The position numbers were made by a program, and so were the translations under genes. This document shows, piece by piece, positions 49,523-60,294 of a stretch of 64,000 bases of DNA (positions are counted from its first letter, which is position 1; the number at the start of each line of letters is the position of its first letter). Origin of the DNA: an uncultured delta proteobacterium (GTDB lineage: Bacteria; Desulfobacterota; Desulfobacteria; Desulfobacterales; JAFDCJ01). The notes beneath the pieces were generated by a model. The model saw nothing but the letters and a program-made list of their open reading frames with translations, was not told the origin of the DNA and did no database searches. The DNA lies in assembly GCA_963769935.1 (NCBI GenBank), contig CAVYNY010000022.1, forward strand, positions 160,001-224,000, given 5' to 3'.

Positions 49523-50779
49523 TCAGCCCAGTTTCATATTCTCGATGCCGACGATGCGGTTGTAGAGCCAGTAGATCGCCAATACCCCGGCCAGCAGAAT
49601 CGTGCCCATGGCGGCGGCCAGACCCCAGTTCAAGGTTTTACTCATGTGCAGGGCAATAAAGTTGCCGATCAACTGGCCGGATGCACCTCCCACGAGAGCC
49701 GGCGTAATATAATAGCCGATGGCCAAAATAAACACCAGGAGGCCGCCGGCCCCGATTCCCGGCACTGTCAGGGGCAAATATACCTGGCGGAATGCCCGAA
49801 AGGGGTCGGCCCCCAGTGAGCGGGCCGCTTTGACATAGGACGGGGAAATGGTCTTCATGACGCTGTAAAGCGGCAGTATCATAAACGGCAGCAGGATGTG
49901 AGTCATAGCGACCAGGGTTCCCGTCATATTGTAAACCATGCGAATGCGGTGCGCGTCGGATACCAACCCCAGCCAGACCAAAATATCGTTTAAAACCCCC
50001 TGGTTTTGCAGCAGCACAATCCAGCTGGTCAAACGAACCAACAAAGAGGTCCAGAAGGGCAGGAGCACGCAGATCATCAATAAATTGCTGATTCGAACCG
50101 GCAGCTTTGACAGCAGGTAGGCCACCGGATAGCCCATGAGCAGACACAGGGCGGTTACCGCCAGGCTTACCCACAGGGTCCGAAGCCAGATCGCATTGTG
50201 AATGCGCTGAACTTTCGGCTGAGCGACAATATGATTATCCACATCATATTTTAAATCAAATGCCGCCAGATAGTGGGTGGTGTTGAAGCGTTTGCCCATG
50301 CGTTTGATGACCACCCAGGTTTCACGGTCCGCCCAGCCCTGATCGATAGCGATCATCTTGTCCTTAAACGGTCCTGTCTTGATTCTTCCCACCCGGCGTG
50401 CGGTTTTGTTCAGCAGGCTGCGCATACCGGTTTTTTCATAGTTCAATCTCAATGTTACCTGGCCGAGGGTTTTGTCCCCATGACGCAGTTTCAACTCTTC
50501 CGCCAGGGCTGCGAAAACCGATTCATCCGGCAGGCCGCTGGAGCCATCCCATCCCTTCAGGGAATTAATGGTTTTTGGCAGCAATTCGACGACTTCCGGC
50601 GTGTGGATGCTGAGGATCAACATGTCGAATATCGGGATGAGAAAGGCAAATGTAATTAACAGAAGGGTGGGGACGACAAATAAAAAAGAGCGGATCTTGT
50701 TCCTGCGTTCGGCCCGACGGAGGCTGACTTTTAACGGGATTCCGTCGGCTGTTGTTATATGTGTTGTCTGCTTATGCAT
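49523..50779 (-). CDS. Polyamine-type ABC permease (PotB-like, long periplasmic insert)
   Basis: LLPFWTSLLVR, AARSLGA, GYYITPALVGG. Confidence 0.9.
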   Translation of the reverse strand: MHKQTTHITTADGIPLKVSLRRAERRNKIRSFLFVVPTLLLITFAFLIPIFDMLILSIHTPEVVELLPKTINSLKGWDGSSGLPDESVFAALAEELKLRHGDKTLGQVTLRLNYEKTGMRSLLNKTARRVGRIKTGPFKDKMIAIDQGWADRETWVVIKRMGKRFNTTHYLAAFDLKYDVDNHIVAQPKVQRIHNAIWLRTLWVSLAVTALCLLMGYPVAYLLSKLPVRISNLLMICVLLPFWTSLLVRLTSWIVLLQNQGVLNDILVWLGLVSDAHRIRMVYNMTGTLVAMTHILLPFMILPLYSVMKTISPSYVKAARSLGADPFRAFRQVYLPLTVPGIGAGGLLVFILAIGYYITPALVGGASGQLIGNFIALHMSKTLNWGLAAAMGTILLAGVLAIYWLYNRIVGIENMKLG

Positions 50780-50811
50780 GCGGTATAATTGTAGTTCTAA
50801 TGAATTAGAAA

Positions 50812-50845
50812 GGGCGGGCCTGAAGCGCCACCCGCCCTTTCTATT
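50812..50845 (-). terminator. Hairpin downstream of the binding-protein gene
   Basis: gaaagggcgggc...cccgccctttc inverted repeat. Confidence 0.55.
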
Positions 50846-50867
50846 TTTCTAATCGCGCCTCTATTTT

Positions 50868-51968
50868 TTACTTGGCCATCCAGGCGCTGTAGCGTTTCAG
50901 GACCTCATCCTGATGATCGGCCCACCACTCGTCATCGGTCTGCAGCGCATTTGTAAAGTTCTGCGGAGCGGTCGGCATGTGGGGTGCCATCTGAATATCC
51001 GTTCCGTGATACGTTGTTATCAACGGTACGGAAGATTTGCGGCTCGGGCCGTATGATATCCAGCTGGCCTGATCGGCCAGGGCTTGGGTGCTGGTGGCGA
51101 ACTTCAAGAACTCCAGTGCCGTCGCTTCATGCTTGGTGCCCTTTACGATGGCATAATTGTCCGTATTCCATACGTGGTGATCCCAGATAATCACAAACGG
51201 CTTGTTTTCTTTGACCACGGCATTGAAAATGCGGCCGTTGTAGGCCGTCGTCATCACTACCTCACCGTCGGCCAGCATCTGCGGGGGTTGGGCTCCGGCA
51301 TCCCAGAAAATTAAACTGCTTTTAATGGTGTCGAGTTTTTTAAAGGCGCGATCCAGGCCTGCGGGGGTTGACAACGTTTTATAGACTTCCGCCGGCGGAA
51401 CCCCGTCGGCCATCAAAGCAAACTCGAGCGCCACTACCGGCCGCTTGCTGATGCCGCGCATGCCGGGGAATTTTTTGACGTCAAAGAAATCTGCCAGCTT
51501 GGATGGCTTCTCTCCCGGGAATTTGGTTTTGTCATAGGCCACGATGGTTGTCCAGATGATGGTGGCCACGCCGCATTCGTGAATGGTGCCGGGCAGAAAA
51601 TCTTCAGTTGCCGGGGTGCCGTCCGGTGCCGGGGGCAACTTGGCGGGGTCAATCGGTTCAAAGAGACCTTCATCGCAGCCGCCCGTGAGGTCCTGCTTCT
51701 CGACATCTACGACATCCCAGGTGACATTGCCGGATTGCACCTGGGCCCTGATCTCGGCCAGGCCGCCGTTGTAGACTTCGGCGTTGACGGTAACACCCGT
51801 TTTTTTCATGAACGGTTTCTGGTAGGCCTCGATCTGGCTTGTTGAAAATGCGCCCCCGAAAGAAGTTACCGTAATGGACTCTGCTGCCAGCAAGGTTGTG
51901 CAAGGCACCAAAACAAAGATGGACAGCAATGCAATGCAATACTTCCCATTTCCTCGCAATAGTTTCAT
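50868..51968 (-). CDS. Polyamine-type ABC substrate-binding protein (PotD/PotF-like)
   Basis: Signal peptide, TSFGGAF, VTWDVVD, LEFALMADGV, AYNGR. Confidence 0.9.
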   Translation of the reverse strand: MKLLRGNGKYCIALLSIFVLVPCTTLLAAESITVTSFGGAFSTSQIEAYQKPFMKKTGVTVNAEVYNGGLAEIRAQVQSGNVTWDVVDVEKQDLTGGCDEGLFEPIDPAKLPPAPDGTPATEDFLPGTIHECGVATIIWTTIVAYDKTKFPGEKPSKLADFFDVKKFPGMRGISKRPVVALEFALMADGVPPAEVYKTLSTPAGLDRAFKKLDTIKSSLIFWDAGAQPPQMLADGEVVMTTAYNGRIFNAVVKENKPFVIIWDHHVWNTDNYAIVKGTKHEATALEFLKFATSTQALADQASWISYGPSRKSSVPLITTYHGTDIQMAPHMPTAPQNFTNALQTDDEWWADHQDEVLKRYSAWMAK

Positions 51969-52296
51969 AGCTTTCTCTCCTTTCAATGAATAAGCCGGGT
52001 TAACATTCGGATAATTCCTGGTGGGTGAGCGTTATAATTTTTACATGGTTACATCAACTCAATTGACTTGTAAAGAATAAAAATGATTTTGATTCTGAAT
52101 GATTGGGGCAAGTTCAAAAAGGTGAAAAAGTTGTTAGAAGCGCAGCGTAAAAAGACGGCCGAATTGGGGCAGGAGATCACTAATGCCCGCCAGGCGCAGG
52201 CAGTGCCAGCCCAACGCCTGATTGCCGGAAACTTAATTTCATCCGCATAGGGTGTGATCAAGGCTATTCGGCGGACTTCAAGGAGGAATAGGGCAG

Positions 52297-52369
52297 GTGG
52301 GAGTGGTTTTTAGCCACGATTATCGGTATATGTCAGACAGAGTTAATCACGGTTAAAAACCGCTCCCAC
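52297..52369. repeat. REPIN-like element GTGGGAGTGG...CCGCTCCCAC
   Basis: Inverted termini, shared with 11317-11421. Confidence 0.7.
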
Positions 52370-52379
52370 AACATCTCTG

Positions 52380-52635
52380 AACTGTGTTCAAGGCGGCGCG
52401 TGATTTTTGCCAGCCGGGCCAGTTCATTGGGATAGCGCGATACGGAAATGACGACCACCAGGCTTTGCGGTTCGGCGATGCTCAGCCAGTCGACGTCAGT
52501 GCTGTCACTGCCGCGGATAATATGGATGTTCTGACGGACTTTGGTCAAAGACCATCCCAAATAGTAGGCAAAAGTGTACGACAGGCGCGAGCCGATGACA
52601 TAAATGGTCGAACATTTTTCAAGGAGATCGACCAC
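52380..52635 (-). pseudogene. MurR/RpiR regulator SIS-domain fragment
   Basis: IYVIGSRLSYTFAYYLGWSL...VVVISVSRYPNE. Lacks the HTH and the C-terminus. Confidence 0.75.
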
Positions 52636-52715
52636 TTTATATTGACATTTTTTGTTTCATTGTTGTATTCACATTCCAAATAAACAACTCGGACTTTCAC
52701 AATGAGGGAACACTT

Positions 52716-53939
52716 ATGTTTGGAAAGTATAAACCGCTTTGGGGAGAGAAGCCTGCACTGAATAAAGGCTACGATGCCGTTATTATCGGCGGGGGATTGC
52801 ATGGGTTGGCAGCCGCCTATTTTCTGGCCCGGGATCACGGGTTGACCAACGTGGCGGTGATTGAGAAACGGTTTATCGGTTTCGGGGGTTCCGGCAGAAA
52901 TACCGCCATTGTGCGGGCCAATCAGAGAACCCAGGAAAATTTGCCGCTTTACAAGGAAGCGCTCGAACTGTGGCCCATTCTGACCAGGGAACTCGACTAC
53001 AACCTGATGTTCTTTAACTGCGGCAACTTGAACCTGTGCCACAGCGAAGCCGCGATGAGCGCCGCCCGCCTGCAAATTGCCTCGGCCCAGTTCAACGGCA
53101 TCAAAAGCCGTCTGATTGATGCCAGAGAATGCAAGGAAATGGTGCCGGCCCTTAACATCTCGGAAGATATTACCTATCCCATCTTTGGCGCCATGTACCA
53201 CCCGCCGGGCGGCATTGTGCGGCATGATGCCGTCGTGTGGGGACTTGCCAAAGGGGCTGCCAAACACGGGGTTCATATCCATCAGCAGACGGAAGTGACC
53301 GGCATCACCGTTGAGAAGGGAAAAATCGTGGCCGTTGAAACCGACCGGGGCCGGATAAACACCCCGCGGGTTTTGAATGCGGCCGGCGGGTATTCGGCCG
53401 CCATATCCTATGAAATGCTGGGAATCAAGCTGCCCATCAGTGTTTTGAACATTCAGGCCATGGTTACCCAGCCCCTGAAGCCCATCTTAAACCATGTTGT
53501 CTCCTCCGGTGCCTATCACGCCTATGCCAACCAAACGCTCAAAGGCGAAATCGCCACCGGGGCGCACATGGACCCCTGGCCCAATTATACTACGTTGACC
53601 ACCGCCCATTACATAAAGCACCAGGCCCAAGCCCTTTCGGAAATGCTGCCCTGCCTGCGGGGAGTTCGGTTTATGCGCCACTGGTCCGGATTGGCGGATA
53701 TGACCCCGGACATGGCACCGATCATGGACGGCAATGATCATATCGAAGGCTACTACATGGACTGCGGCTGGGGATATTTCGGCTTCAAATCCAGTGCCGC
53801 GGCCGGCAAATACATGGCCCAATTCCTGGCCACCGGCAAATGCCCGGACATGTTAAAGCCCTTTACCCTGCGCCGGTATGAACAGCATCGGCTGATGGGC
53901 GAGATTGCGACACCGATCAGTTATGGGGCGTGGAATTAA
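52716..53939 (+). CDS. soxB: Sarcosine oxidase beta-subunit-like flavoprotein
   Basis: IIGGGLHGLAAAYFLARDHG, GRNTAIVR, RHDAVVWG, GWGYFGFK. Confidence 0.9.
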   Translation: MFGKYKPLWGEKPALNKGYDAVIIGGGLHGLAAAYFLARDHGLTNVAVIEKRFIGFGGSGRNTAIVRANQRTQENLPLYKEALELWPILTRELDYNLMFFNCGNLNLCHSEAAMSAARLQIASAQFNGIKSRLIDARECKEMVPALNISEDITYPIFGAMYHPPGGIVRHDAVVWGLAKGAAKHGVHIHQQTEVTGITVEKGKIVAVETDRGRINTPRVLNAAGGYSAAISYEMLGIKLPISVLNIQAMVTQPLKPILNHVVSSGAYHAYANQTLKGEIATGAHMDPWPNYTTLTTAHYIKHQAQALSEMLPCLRGVRFMRHWSGLADMTPDMAPIMDGNDHIEGYYMDCGWGYFGFKSSAAAGKYMAQFLATGKCPDMLKPFTLRRYEQHRLMGEIATPISYGAWN

Positions 53940-53963
53940 GGTGTTTAAAAATAGGAGGCATTT

Positions 53964-54224
53964 ATGTCATTAACAATAACTTGTCCCATCTGCGGCAAAC
54001 GCAACGGTTATGAATTTCGTTTTGGGAGCGAAGAAAAAGGACCGCGCCCCGATGAAGAGGGGTTAACACCGGAGGCCTGGTGTGACTATGTGCATATGAA
54101 CAAATCGGTGGCCGGTATCCAGAAAGAGTGGTGGTATCACCGGGACGGATGCGGTGCCTGGTTCACCATTTATCGCAATACGACAACCAATCTTGAAGTG
54201 GATGAATCGGAGGCGACATCATGA
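53964..54224 (+). CDS. soxD: Sarcosine oxidase delta subunit
   Basis: CPICGKR...EF...EWWYHRDGCGAWF. Confidence 0.9.
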   Translation: MSLTITCPICGKRNGYEFRFGSEEKGPRPDEEGLTPEAWCDYVHMNKSVAGIQKEWWYHRDGCGAWFTIYRNTTTNLEVDESEATS

Positions 54225-57139
54225 GCCGGCTGGACAACCTGCCTACCCTACGGATAAATCCCGAGCAACGCATTTCATTCAATTACGCAGGCAAATCCCG
54301 CCAGGGTCTGGCGGGCGATACAATTGCCGCCGCCCTGTATGCCAACGGTACGCGTGTTTTTTCCAGAAGCCTGAAGTATCACCGTCCGCGGGGGCTTTAC
54401 AGTCTGGACGGCGAATGCTCGAATACCTGTATGGCCGTAAACGGCATCCCCAATGTACGCACTGAAAATACGCTCCTTAAAAGCGGCATGACCGTCAAGG
54501 CCCAGAACGTCAAGGGCACCCCGGACACAGACATGATGGGGTTTATGGACAGGATGGATTGGGCCATGCCGGCCGGCTTCTACTATCGCACCCTGCACAA
54601 GCCCGCCCAAATCTGGCCCGTTGCCTTAAAGCAGGTGCGCAAGGTCGCCGGGATCGGAAAAATTGCGCCTGATTTTCAGATGCCGGGAACCTTTGACGAA
54701 ATGTATCCGGCGGCGGATGTGTGTGTTGTCGGCGGCGGACCGGCCGGTATGCTGGCCGCCGCGGCCGCAGGGGAAAAGGGACTGCGCGTCATCCTGCTGG
54801 AGGCCCGGCCGTGGCTGGGCGGTTTTTTTGATTATCGCACGGCCGCATACAATGAGGATACCCGGCTTTACCAGAGAGCCCGGAAACTGGCCCAGCGTCT
54901 GGCACAAATGTCCAATGTCCGGATTTTTACCCATACGGCCGTGGTGGGTGCCTACAACAACAATCTGATAACCGCTTTTCAGGTTGGCGGTGAGTCGGAT
55001 CATTTCGCTGAACGCTACCTCGAAATCCGGGCCGCAAGTGTTGTGGTTGCAACCGGCTGCATCGAGCGGCCGCTGCTGTTCGAAAACAACGAGCAGCCCG
55101 GTGTCATGCAGATCGGCTGTGTTCACCGTCTGGCACACACCTATGGTATTCTGGCCGGCACCCGGGCAGTGTTCAGCATCGGACATGATCTGGGGCTGGA
55201 GGCCGCCATCGATCTGTTTGATCATGGTTTGAAAATCCTGTGTGTGGCCGATATTCGTGAAGACGGTCAGGATACCGGACTTATCGCCAAACTGCAGGAG
55301 CGCAACATTCCCTATATGAGCGGTTGGGTGGCAACCGAGGCCCATGGCAAAACCACGGTCGACAAAGTCACCCTCAGCACCAACCAGGGAACGCTGAACA
55401 AGGAATTTGAATGTGATCTCCTGGTGGCCTCGGCCGGACTCACACCGGTTACCGGGGTGCTGAGCATGTCACAGGCCGCGTTGGAATTCGATCATCACAC
55501 GGGTTTCTTTCTGCCCAAAAATCTGCCGGCCAAAATGTACCCCGCCGGTCGCATGCTGGGCTTAAGCCACCCGTGGTCGATTGAAACCTCCGGTACCCTG
55601 GCGGGCCTGAAGGCGGCGGCGGACTGCGGGGTAGCCGTTGATGGAGAAGTTAATGAGGTCCGCAAGAATTTAGCGGATCTGCCCGGACCGGACAAGGGCT
55701 GCCGGATGGTTATGGCGCCGGTCAAGGGCCGCAAAACTTTCATCTGCTTTGATGAAGATACCACGATCAAAAATATCAAGCAGGCACTGGAGATGGGATT
55801 TGACGCCGCCGAGCTGCTCAAACGGTTTACGGCAGCCGGGACGGGACCCGGTCAGGGCGGCATTCCCGGCCACAATCTGCCCCTTTTTGTGGCGCAGTAT
55901 CACGCCGATTCAACGGTGTCGGCCAAACCGACCACGGTCAGAGCTCCGCTGGTACCGGCGTTAATTGCCACCTATGCCGGCCGCAACCACGATATGTGCA
56001 AACGCACGCCGATGGATGAATCCCAGAAGACAGCCGGTGGAATCATGCGCCGCATCGGTGTCTGGCGGCGGGCACGCTATTTTTCAAAGGATTTCACCTG
56101 CCGCGCGGAAATTGAGAACGTGCGCAGCAATGTCGGCCTGCTGGACGCCTCCACTCTCGGGAAATTCAAGCTCTGGGGGCCGGACGCGTTGAAGGCGTTG
56201 CAGCGGGTGTACGTCGGCGACATGTCGAAGATCGCAGACGGCAAAATTAAATACTCGGCCATGTGCAATGACGACGGTTGTATGGTTGACGACGGTGTGG
56301 TCGTCAAACGCGCAGACAATGAGTATTATTTTACTACATCGACCGGCCGGGCCGGGTCCACGGTGGAATGGTTCCGCTATCATTCGCGTTATGACGGCTG
56401 GAATTATAACCTGGTGAATCTCACCGATGCCCTGGGTGTTATTAATCTGGCCGGCCCCAATGCCCGCAAGGTGCTGGAAAAGATAACCGATGTCGATCTC
56501 TCCAACGATGCCTTTCCCTTTGCGGCCTACCGTGAATTTACCATCAAAAATGAGATTCCGGTGCGATCCATGCGGCTGGGGTTTGTCGGGGAATTATCCT
56601 ATGAACTGCACGTTGCGTCATCGTACATGCAGGCCCTCTGGGAACTGCTCGAGGAGGCCGGCCGGGAATTCGGCCTGCGCAATTTCGGATTGGAGGCCCA
56701 GAACGTGCTGCGGATGGAAAAAGGGCATATCATCATCGGTGTCGAATCAGAGATACGAACAACACTGCATGACGTGGGGCTGGGTTTTCTATGGTCGCGC
56801 CGGAAGCCGGAAGCCAAAACCGTCGGGGCGGTGGCTTTGCAGCAGACCGAGAAACAGCAGGGCCGCCTGAAACTGGTTGGATTTAAAACAGAAAACCCCT
56901 CCCGGGCACCCAAGGACGGATCGATTGTCGTGGAAAACGACATCAAGGGCTACGTGTGCACCGCCCGGCGCAGCTTCACCCTGAATGAGTCCGTCGGGCT
57001 GGCCCTGGTTGACGCGGCCTTGGCCGAAGAGGGAAAACGGTTACAAATTTACGAGGACGAATGCGAGGGGCAGCTGCTCCATGCCACAGTGGTCGCAACG
57101 CCCTTTTACGATCCTGAGGGAAAAAGATTGAGAATGTGA
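54221..57139 (+). CDS. soxA: Sarcosine oxidase alpha subunit
   Basis: GDTIAAALYANG, SRSLKYHRPRG, GGGPAG, GcvT-like C-terminal half ending PFYDPEG. Confidence 0.92.
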   Translation: MSRLDNLPTLRINPEQRISFNYAGKSRQGLAGDTIAAALYANGTRVFSRSLKYHRPRGLYSLDGECSNTCMAVNGIPNVRTENTLLKSGMTVKAQNVKGTPDTDMMGFMDRMDWAMPAGFYYRTLHKPAQIWPVALKQVRKVAGIGKIAPDFQMPGTFDEMYPAADVCVVGGGPAGMLAAAAAGEKGLRVILLEARPWLGGFFDYRTAAYNEDTRLYQRARKLAQRLAQMSNVRIFTHTAVVGAYNNNLITAFQVGGESDHFAERYLEIRAASVVVATGCIERPLLFENNEQPGVMQIGCVHRLAHTYGILAGTRAVFSIGHDLGLEAAIDLFDHGLKILCVADIREDGQDTGLIAKLQERNIPYMSGWVATEAHGKTTVDKVTLSTNQGTLNKEFECDLLVASAGLTPVTGVLSMSQAALEFDHHTGFFLPKNLPAKMYPAGRMLGLSHPWSIETSGTLAGLKAAADCGVAVDGEVNEVRKNLADLPGPDKGCRMVMAPVKGRKTFICFDEDTTIKNIKQALEMGFDAAELLKRFTAAGTGPGQGGIPGHNLPLFVAQYHADSTVSAKPTTVRAPLVPALIATYAGRNHDMCKRTPMDESQKTAGGIMRRIGVWRRARYFSKDFTCRAEIENVRSNVGLLDASTLGKFKLWGPDALKALQRVYVGDMSKIADGKIKYSAMCNDDGCMVDDGVVVKRADNEYYFTTSTGRAGSTVEWFRYHSRYDGWNYNLVNLTDALGVINLAGPNARKVLEKITDVDLSNDAFPFAAYREFTIKNEIPVRSMRLGFVGELSYELHVASSYMQALWELLEEAGREFGLRNFGLEAQNVLRMEKGHIIIGVESEIRTTLHDVGLGFLWSRRKPEAKTVGAVALQQTEKQQGRLKLVGFKTENPSRAPKDGSIVVENDIKGYVCTARRSFTLNESVGLALVDAALAEEGKRLQIYEDECEGQLLHATVVATPFYDPEGKRLRM

Positions 57140-57146
57140 GGTTAAA

Positions 57147-57788
57147 ATGGCAGGAAAAATTATAAGGCGTTCCCCGGTGACATTCGACAGCCCGGCCGCG
57201 CGAACCGAAGAGCGGGATAATTGGACGGTTGTACTTGAATTTGAAAACCAGGGCGCCGGCCCGTGGATTATTGATTTGAGCCACCGGGCCAGATGGGATT
57301 TGCAGGACCGGGCGATCGACGGGATTCAGCCGTGGGGGGCAAGTGTGCCGGACACGCCCGGAAGATGCATTATTGCCGATGGTATTCTTATCAATCGTAT
57401 GAACCGCACCCAGGCATCCTTGTGGCATTTAAAAGGGGAACGGCGGGATGCCCCCGAAGGCCAATCTTTTACCGACGTTACCGATGCGACCGTTTTTTTG
57501 GCTTTGATCGGCAATAATATGGCTTTGTTGCTGGAAAAGCTGACCGCCCTGGATTTTTTCAATCCCTTATACAGTTCCCCATTTTTGTTGCAGGGACCTT
57601 TGTCCCATGTACCCTGCCAGTGTGTGATGCTGGAAAAATCAGCGGCCCGCTCCGGTATTCTCTTTACATGTTCAAGGGGATATGCCCGGGACATGGTGAG
57701 TGGAATACTGGAAGCCGGCGCCGAGTTCGGACTCAGGCCGGCCGGTGAAGATACCTTCAATCGCTGGCTCACGGAGCTCATCAAATGA
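57147..57788 (+). CDS. soxG: Sarcosine oxidase gamma-subunit-like protein
   Basis: Follows soxA. GcvT-like IDLSH...RGYARDM...AGAEFG. Confidence 0.8.
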   Translation: MAGKIIRRSPVTFDSPAARTEERDNWTVVLEFENQGAGPWIIDLSHRARWDLQDRAIDGIQPWGASVPDTPGRCIIADGILINRMNRTQASLWHLKGERRDAPEGQSFTDVTDATVFLALIGNNMALLLEKLTALDFFNPLYSSPFLLQGPLSHVPCQCVMLEKSAARSGILFTCSRGYARDMVSGILEAGAEFGLRPAGEDTFNRWLTELIK

Positions 57789-57929
57789 CGAATGACGATG
57801 GAAGATTGAAAATTGAAAATTGAAGATTGAATATTTGAGGTATTCTGTCATTTTTTATGATCAAAATTCCATTATTCCATCGTTCCAGTATTCCATTTTA
57901 ATGTGAGGGAAATCTATCGGAGCAACCCA

Positions 57930-58382
57930 ATGACCTTGGAAGAAAAAATTATCGGCATGCTGGACAAACAAAAAGTATCCTATGAAATGGTCGAGCACGA
58001 ACCGGTGTATACCAACCCGGCCATGGCCGAGGCGCTCAACGTCGATGAATCCGAGACGGTCAAATCGCTGGTATTAAAAACCAAAGAGGGCAGGATGATT
58101 GTCCTGGTGCTGCCCGGCGACAAGAAGGTTGACTGGAAGCAGGCCGCTGCCGGCGCCGGCACCAAAAAGGTATTTTTCGCCAAGCCCGAAGAAGTCAGTG
58201 AGGCAGTCGGCTGCGAAGTCGGATGTGTTCCGCCCTTCGGGCATTTCAGCCCGCTGCCCATTTTTATGGATCCCGATTTACCTAAAAAGGAGTTTGTCTA
58301 CTTTAATCCCGGCGTGCACGATAAATCCCTCAAAGTCAAAGGCTGGGACCTCAGACTGCTATGCAAACCCTCGTTCATTTAA
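57930..58382 (+). CDS. YbaK/ProX aminoacyl-tRNA deacylase family protein
   Basis: ETVKSLVLK, GCEVGCVPPFG, YFNPG. Confidence 0.88.
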   Translation: MTLEEKIIGMLDKQKVSYEMVEHEPVYTNPAMAEALNVDESETVKSLVLKTKEGRMIVLVLPGDKKVDWKQAAAGAGTKKVFFAKPEEVSEAVGCEVGCVPPFGHFSPLPIFMDPDLPKKEFVYFNPGVHDKSLKVKGWDLRLLCKPSFI

Positions 58383-58431
58383 TTAGGCTCAGAATTCTTT
58401 TTTAATCTTTCAGAGACAATATTACTATAAT

Positions 58432-58630
58432 TCTGATTGCGGATTGCGGATTTCAGATTGCGGATTTTTTAAAAAGAAAAAAATCTTTTTTTGCTTTTCA
58501 ATAAAAAGCGTTATAAGTTTTTTGATTTGCGTTATCAATCGGAAACCGTCAGCCAAGTGCTTTAGGTGGTGAGCTCTTAAAAATTATAGAAAAATTAACT
58601 GCCAAATCCGAGATCCGCAATCCGGAATCT
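58432..58630. repeat. Inverted heptamer arrays (GATTGCG)n / (ATCCGCA)n enclosing an AT-rich spacer
   Basis: Directly visible upstream of 58651. Confidence 0.75.
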
Positions 58631-58650
58631 ATCGAGGAGGTTTTCTTGCT

Positions 58651-59989
58651 ATGAACAAAAAATACGATGCGATCATCATCGGGGCCGGTGTCATTGGATG
58701 TCCCATTGCCTATGAGCTGACCAAAATGGGGTACAAAACCCTGAATGTCGATAAATTAAGCGATGCGGGCATGGGGTCCACATCCGCTTCCTGCGCCATC
58801 GTGCGGGCCCACTATTCCACCGAAGATGGTGTGGCTTTCGCATACGAGGGCTTCAAATACTGGCGGGAATGGGAGAATTACCTGGAACATGTCAACGATG
58901 AAAAAGGTCTGGCCAAGTTCATGAACACCGGCTCCCTTCTGCTTAAATCACAGGGGCACGACTGGCACAAAGTCAAAAAGCATTATGACGCAGTCGGCGT
59001 CAAGTATGAAGAATGGAGTATTGAGAAAATCAAAGAAATGGTGCCGGTGTACGATCTGCACGAATTCTGGCCGGTCCGGCGCCCTGAGGATCCCAAGTTC
59101 TTTGATGAACCGGACAAGATGCTCGATGGTGGTCTGTTCTGCCCGGAAGGCGGCTATGTCAATGACCCGGAATTGTCCGCCCACAACATCATGCGAGCCA
59201 CCGAGGCCAAAGGCGGGGAATTCATATTTAAGGCCGAGGTGGTAGAAGTTCGCAGCCGGGACAACCAGGTATTGGGCATAACCCTTAAGGATGGAACCCA
59301 AATCGATGCGCCGATTGTTGTCAACGTTGCCGGTCCCCATTCTTATCAAAATCAATCAAATGGCCGAAGGGGTCTACGATGGGTGCAACATCAAAACCAA
59401 GGCCTTGCGGCACGAGGTCATGCATTGCCCGTCTCCCGAGGGCTACGATTATTTAAATAAAGGCTACCACACATCCGACGGCGATATTGCCTGTTATTAC
59501 CGTCCGGAAGTCGGCAACATGTTCCTCATCGGCAGCGAAGATCCGGAATGTGATCCCCAGCAGTGGGTGGACCCGGACGAATTTTATGCCGGCCAAGGCG
59601 GACACGGCCGGGACAATCAACTCAGCGAAGAACAATGGAGAGCCCAGACGTATCGATGCGCCAAGCGGGTGCCGAGCATGCAGATCCCGAACCAGCCCAG
59701 AGGCGTCTGCGATTTGTACGACTGCTCCGACGATTGGATCCCGATCTACGACAAGTCGGACATGAGGGGCTTCTACATGGCCATCGGAACCAGCGGCAAC
59801 CAGTACAAAAACGCGCCGGTGGTCGGCCGCATGATGGCGGAGCTGATCGACGCCTGCCAAAAGGGCCTCGATCACGACCAGAAACCGTTTCAGTTCAAGC
59901 TGCCGCATTTAGGGCGCAAAATAAATGTCGGATTTTTCTCGCGCAAACGGGAGATCAACGCCGACAGCAGCTTTTCAGTAAATGGATAG
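58651..59989 (+). CDS. FAD-dependent oxidoreductase (DAO/sarcosine-oxidase-like), frameshift near 59348
   Basis: IIGAGVIG, GSTSASCAIVR, YDCSDDWIPIYDKS, GTSGNQYKNAP. Removing one A gives SYQINQMAE. Confidence 0.88.
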
Positions 59990-60232
59990 AGGTCAAAGGT
60001 TAAAGGTAAAAGGATAAAGGCAAAAGGCTGGAAAGCATGGAGGCTTGAAAGCTGGAAGGCCATAATAAGATTGCTTAGCATGCTTTGTGATTGAATTCAA
60101 AATTTAATTTGGAAATTGAAAGCAGGGCTTTGTCCGCAGCAGATGAAGCCCTGCTTTTAAATTCAATGGCTTCAAACAAGGAAAAAATCCTTTCAAGCCT
60201 CCGAGCCTTCCAGCTTCCGAGCCTCCCGGCCC
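59990..60232. repeat. Short tandem arrays in inverted orientation with an internal hairpin
   Basis: ggctggaaagcatggaggcttgaaagctggaagg versus cctttcaagcctccgagccttccagcttcc. Inner aaagcagggct/agccctgcttt. Confidence 0.7.
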
Positions 60233-60294
60233 GCTGGCTTACCAACTCACAACCCTATGAGGCCTGGCGGTTTAACCGGTTCAGAAAGCAACCA

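Noticed and set aside
60091..60294. N-terminal extension of EtfB
   Set aside because: Derived from repeat DNA. The family start MKIYVCVK is at 60295.
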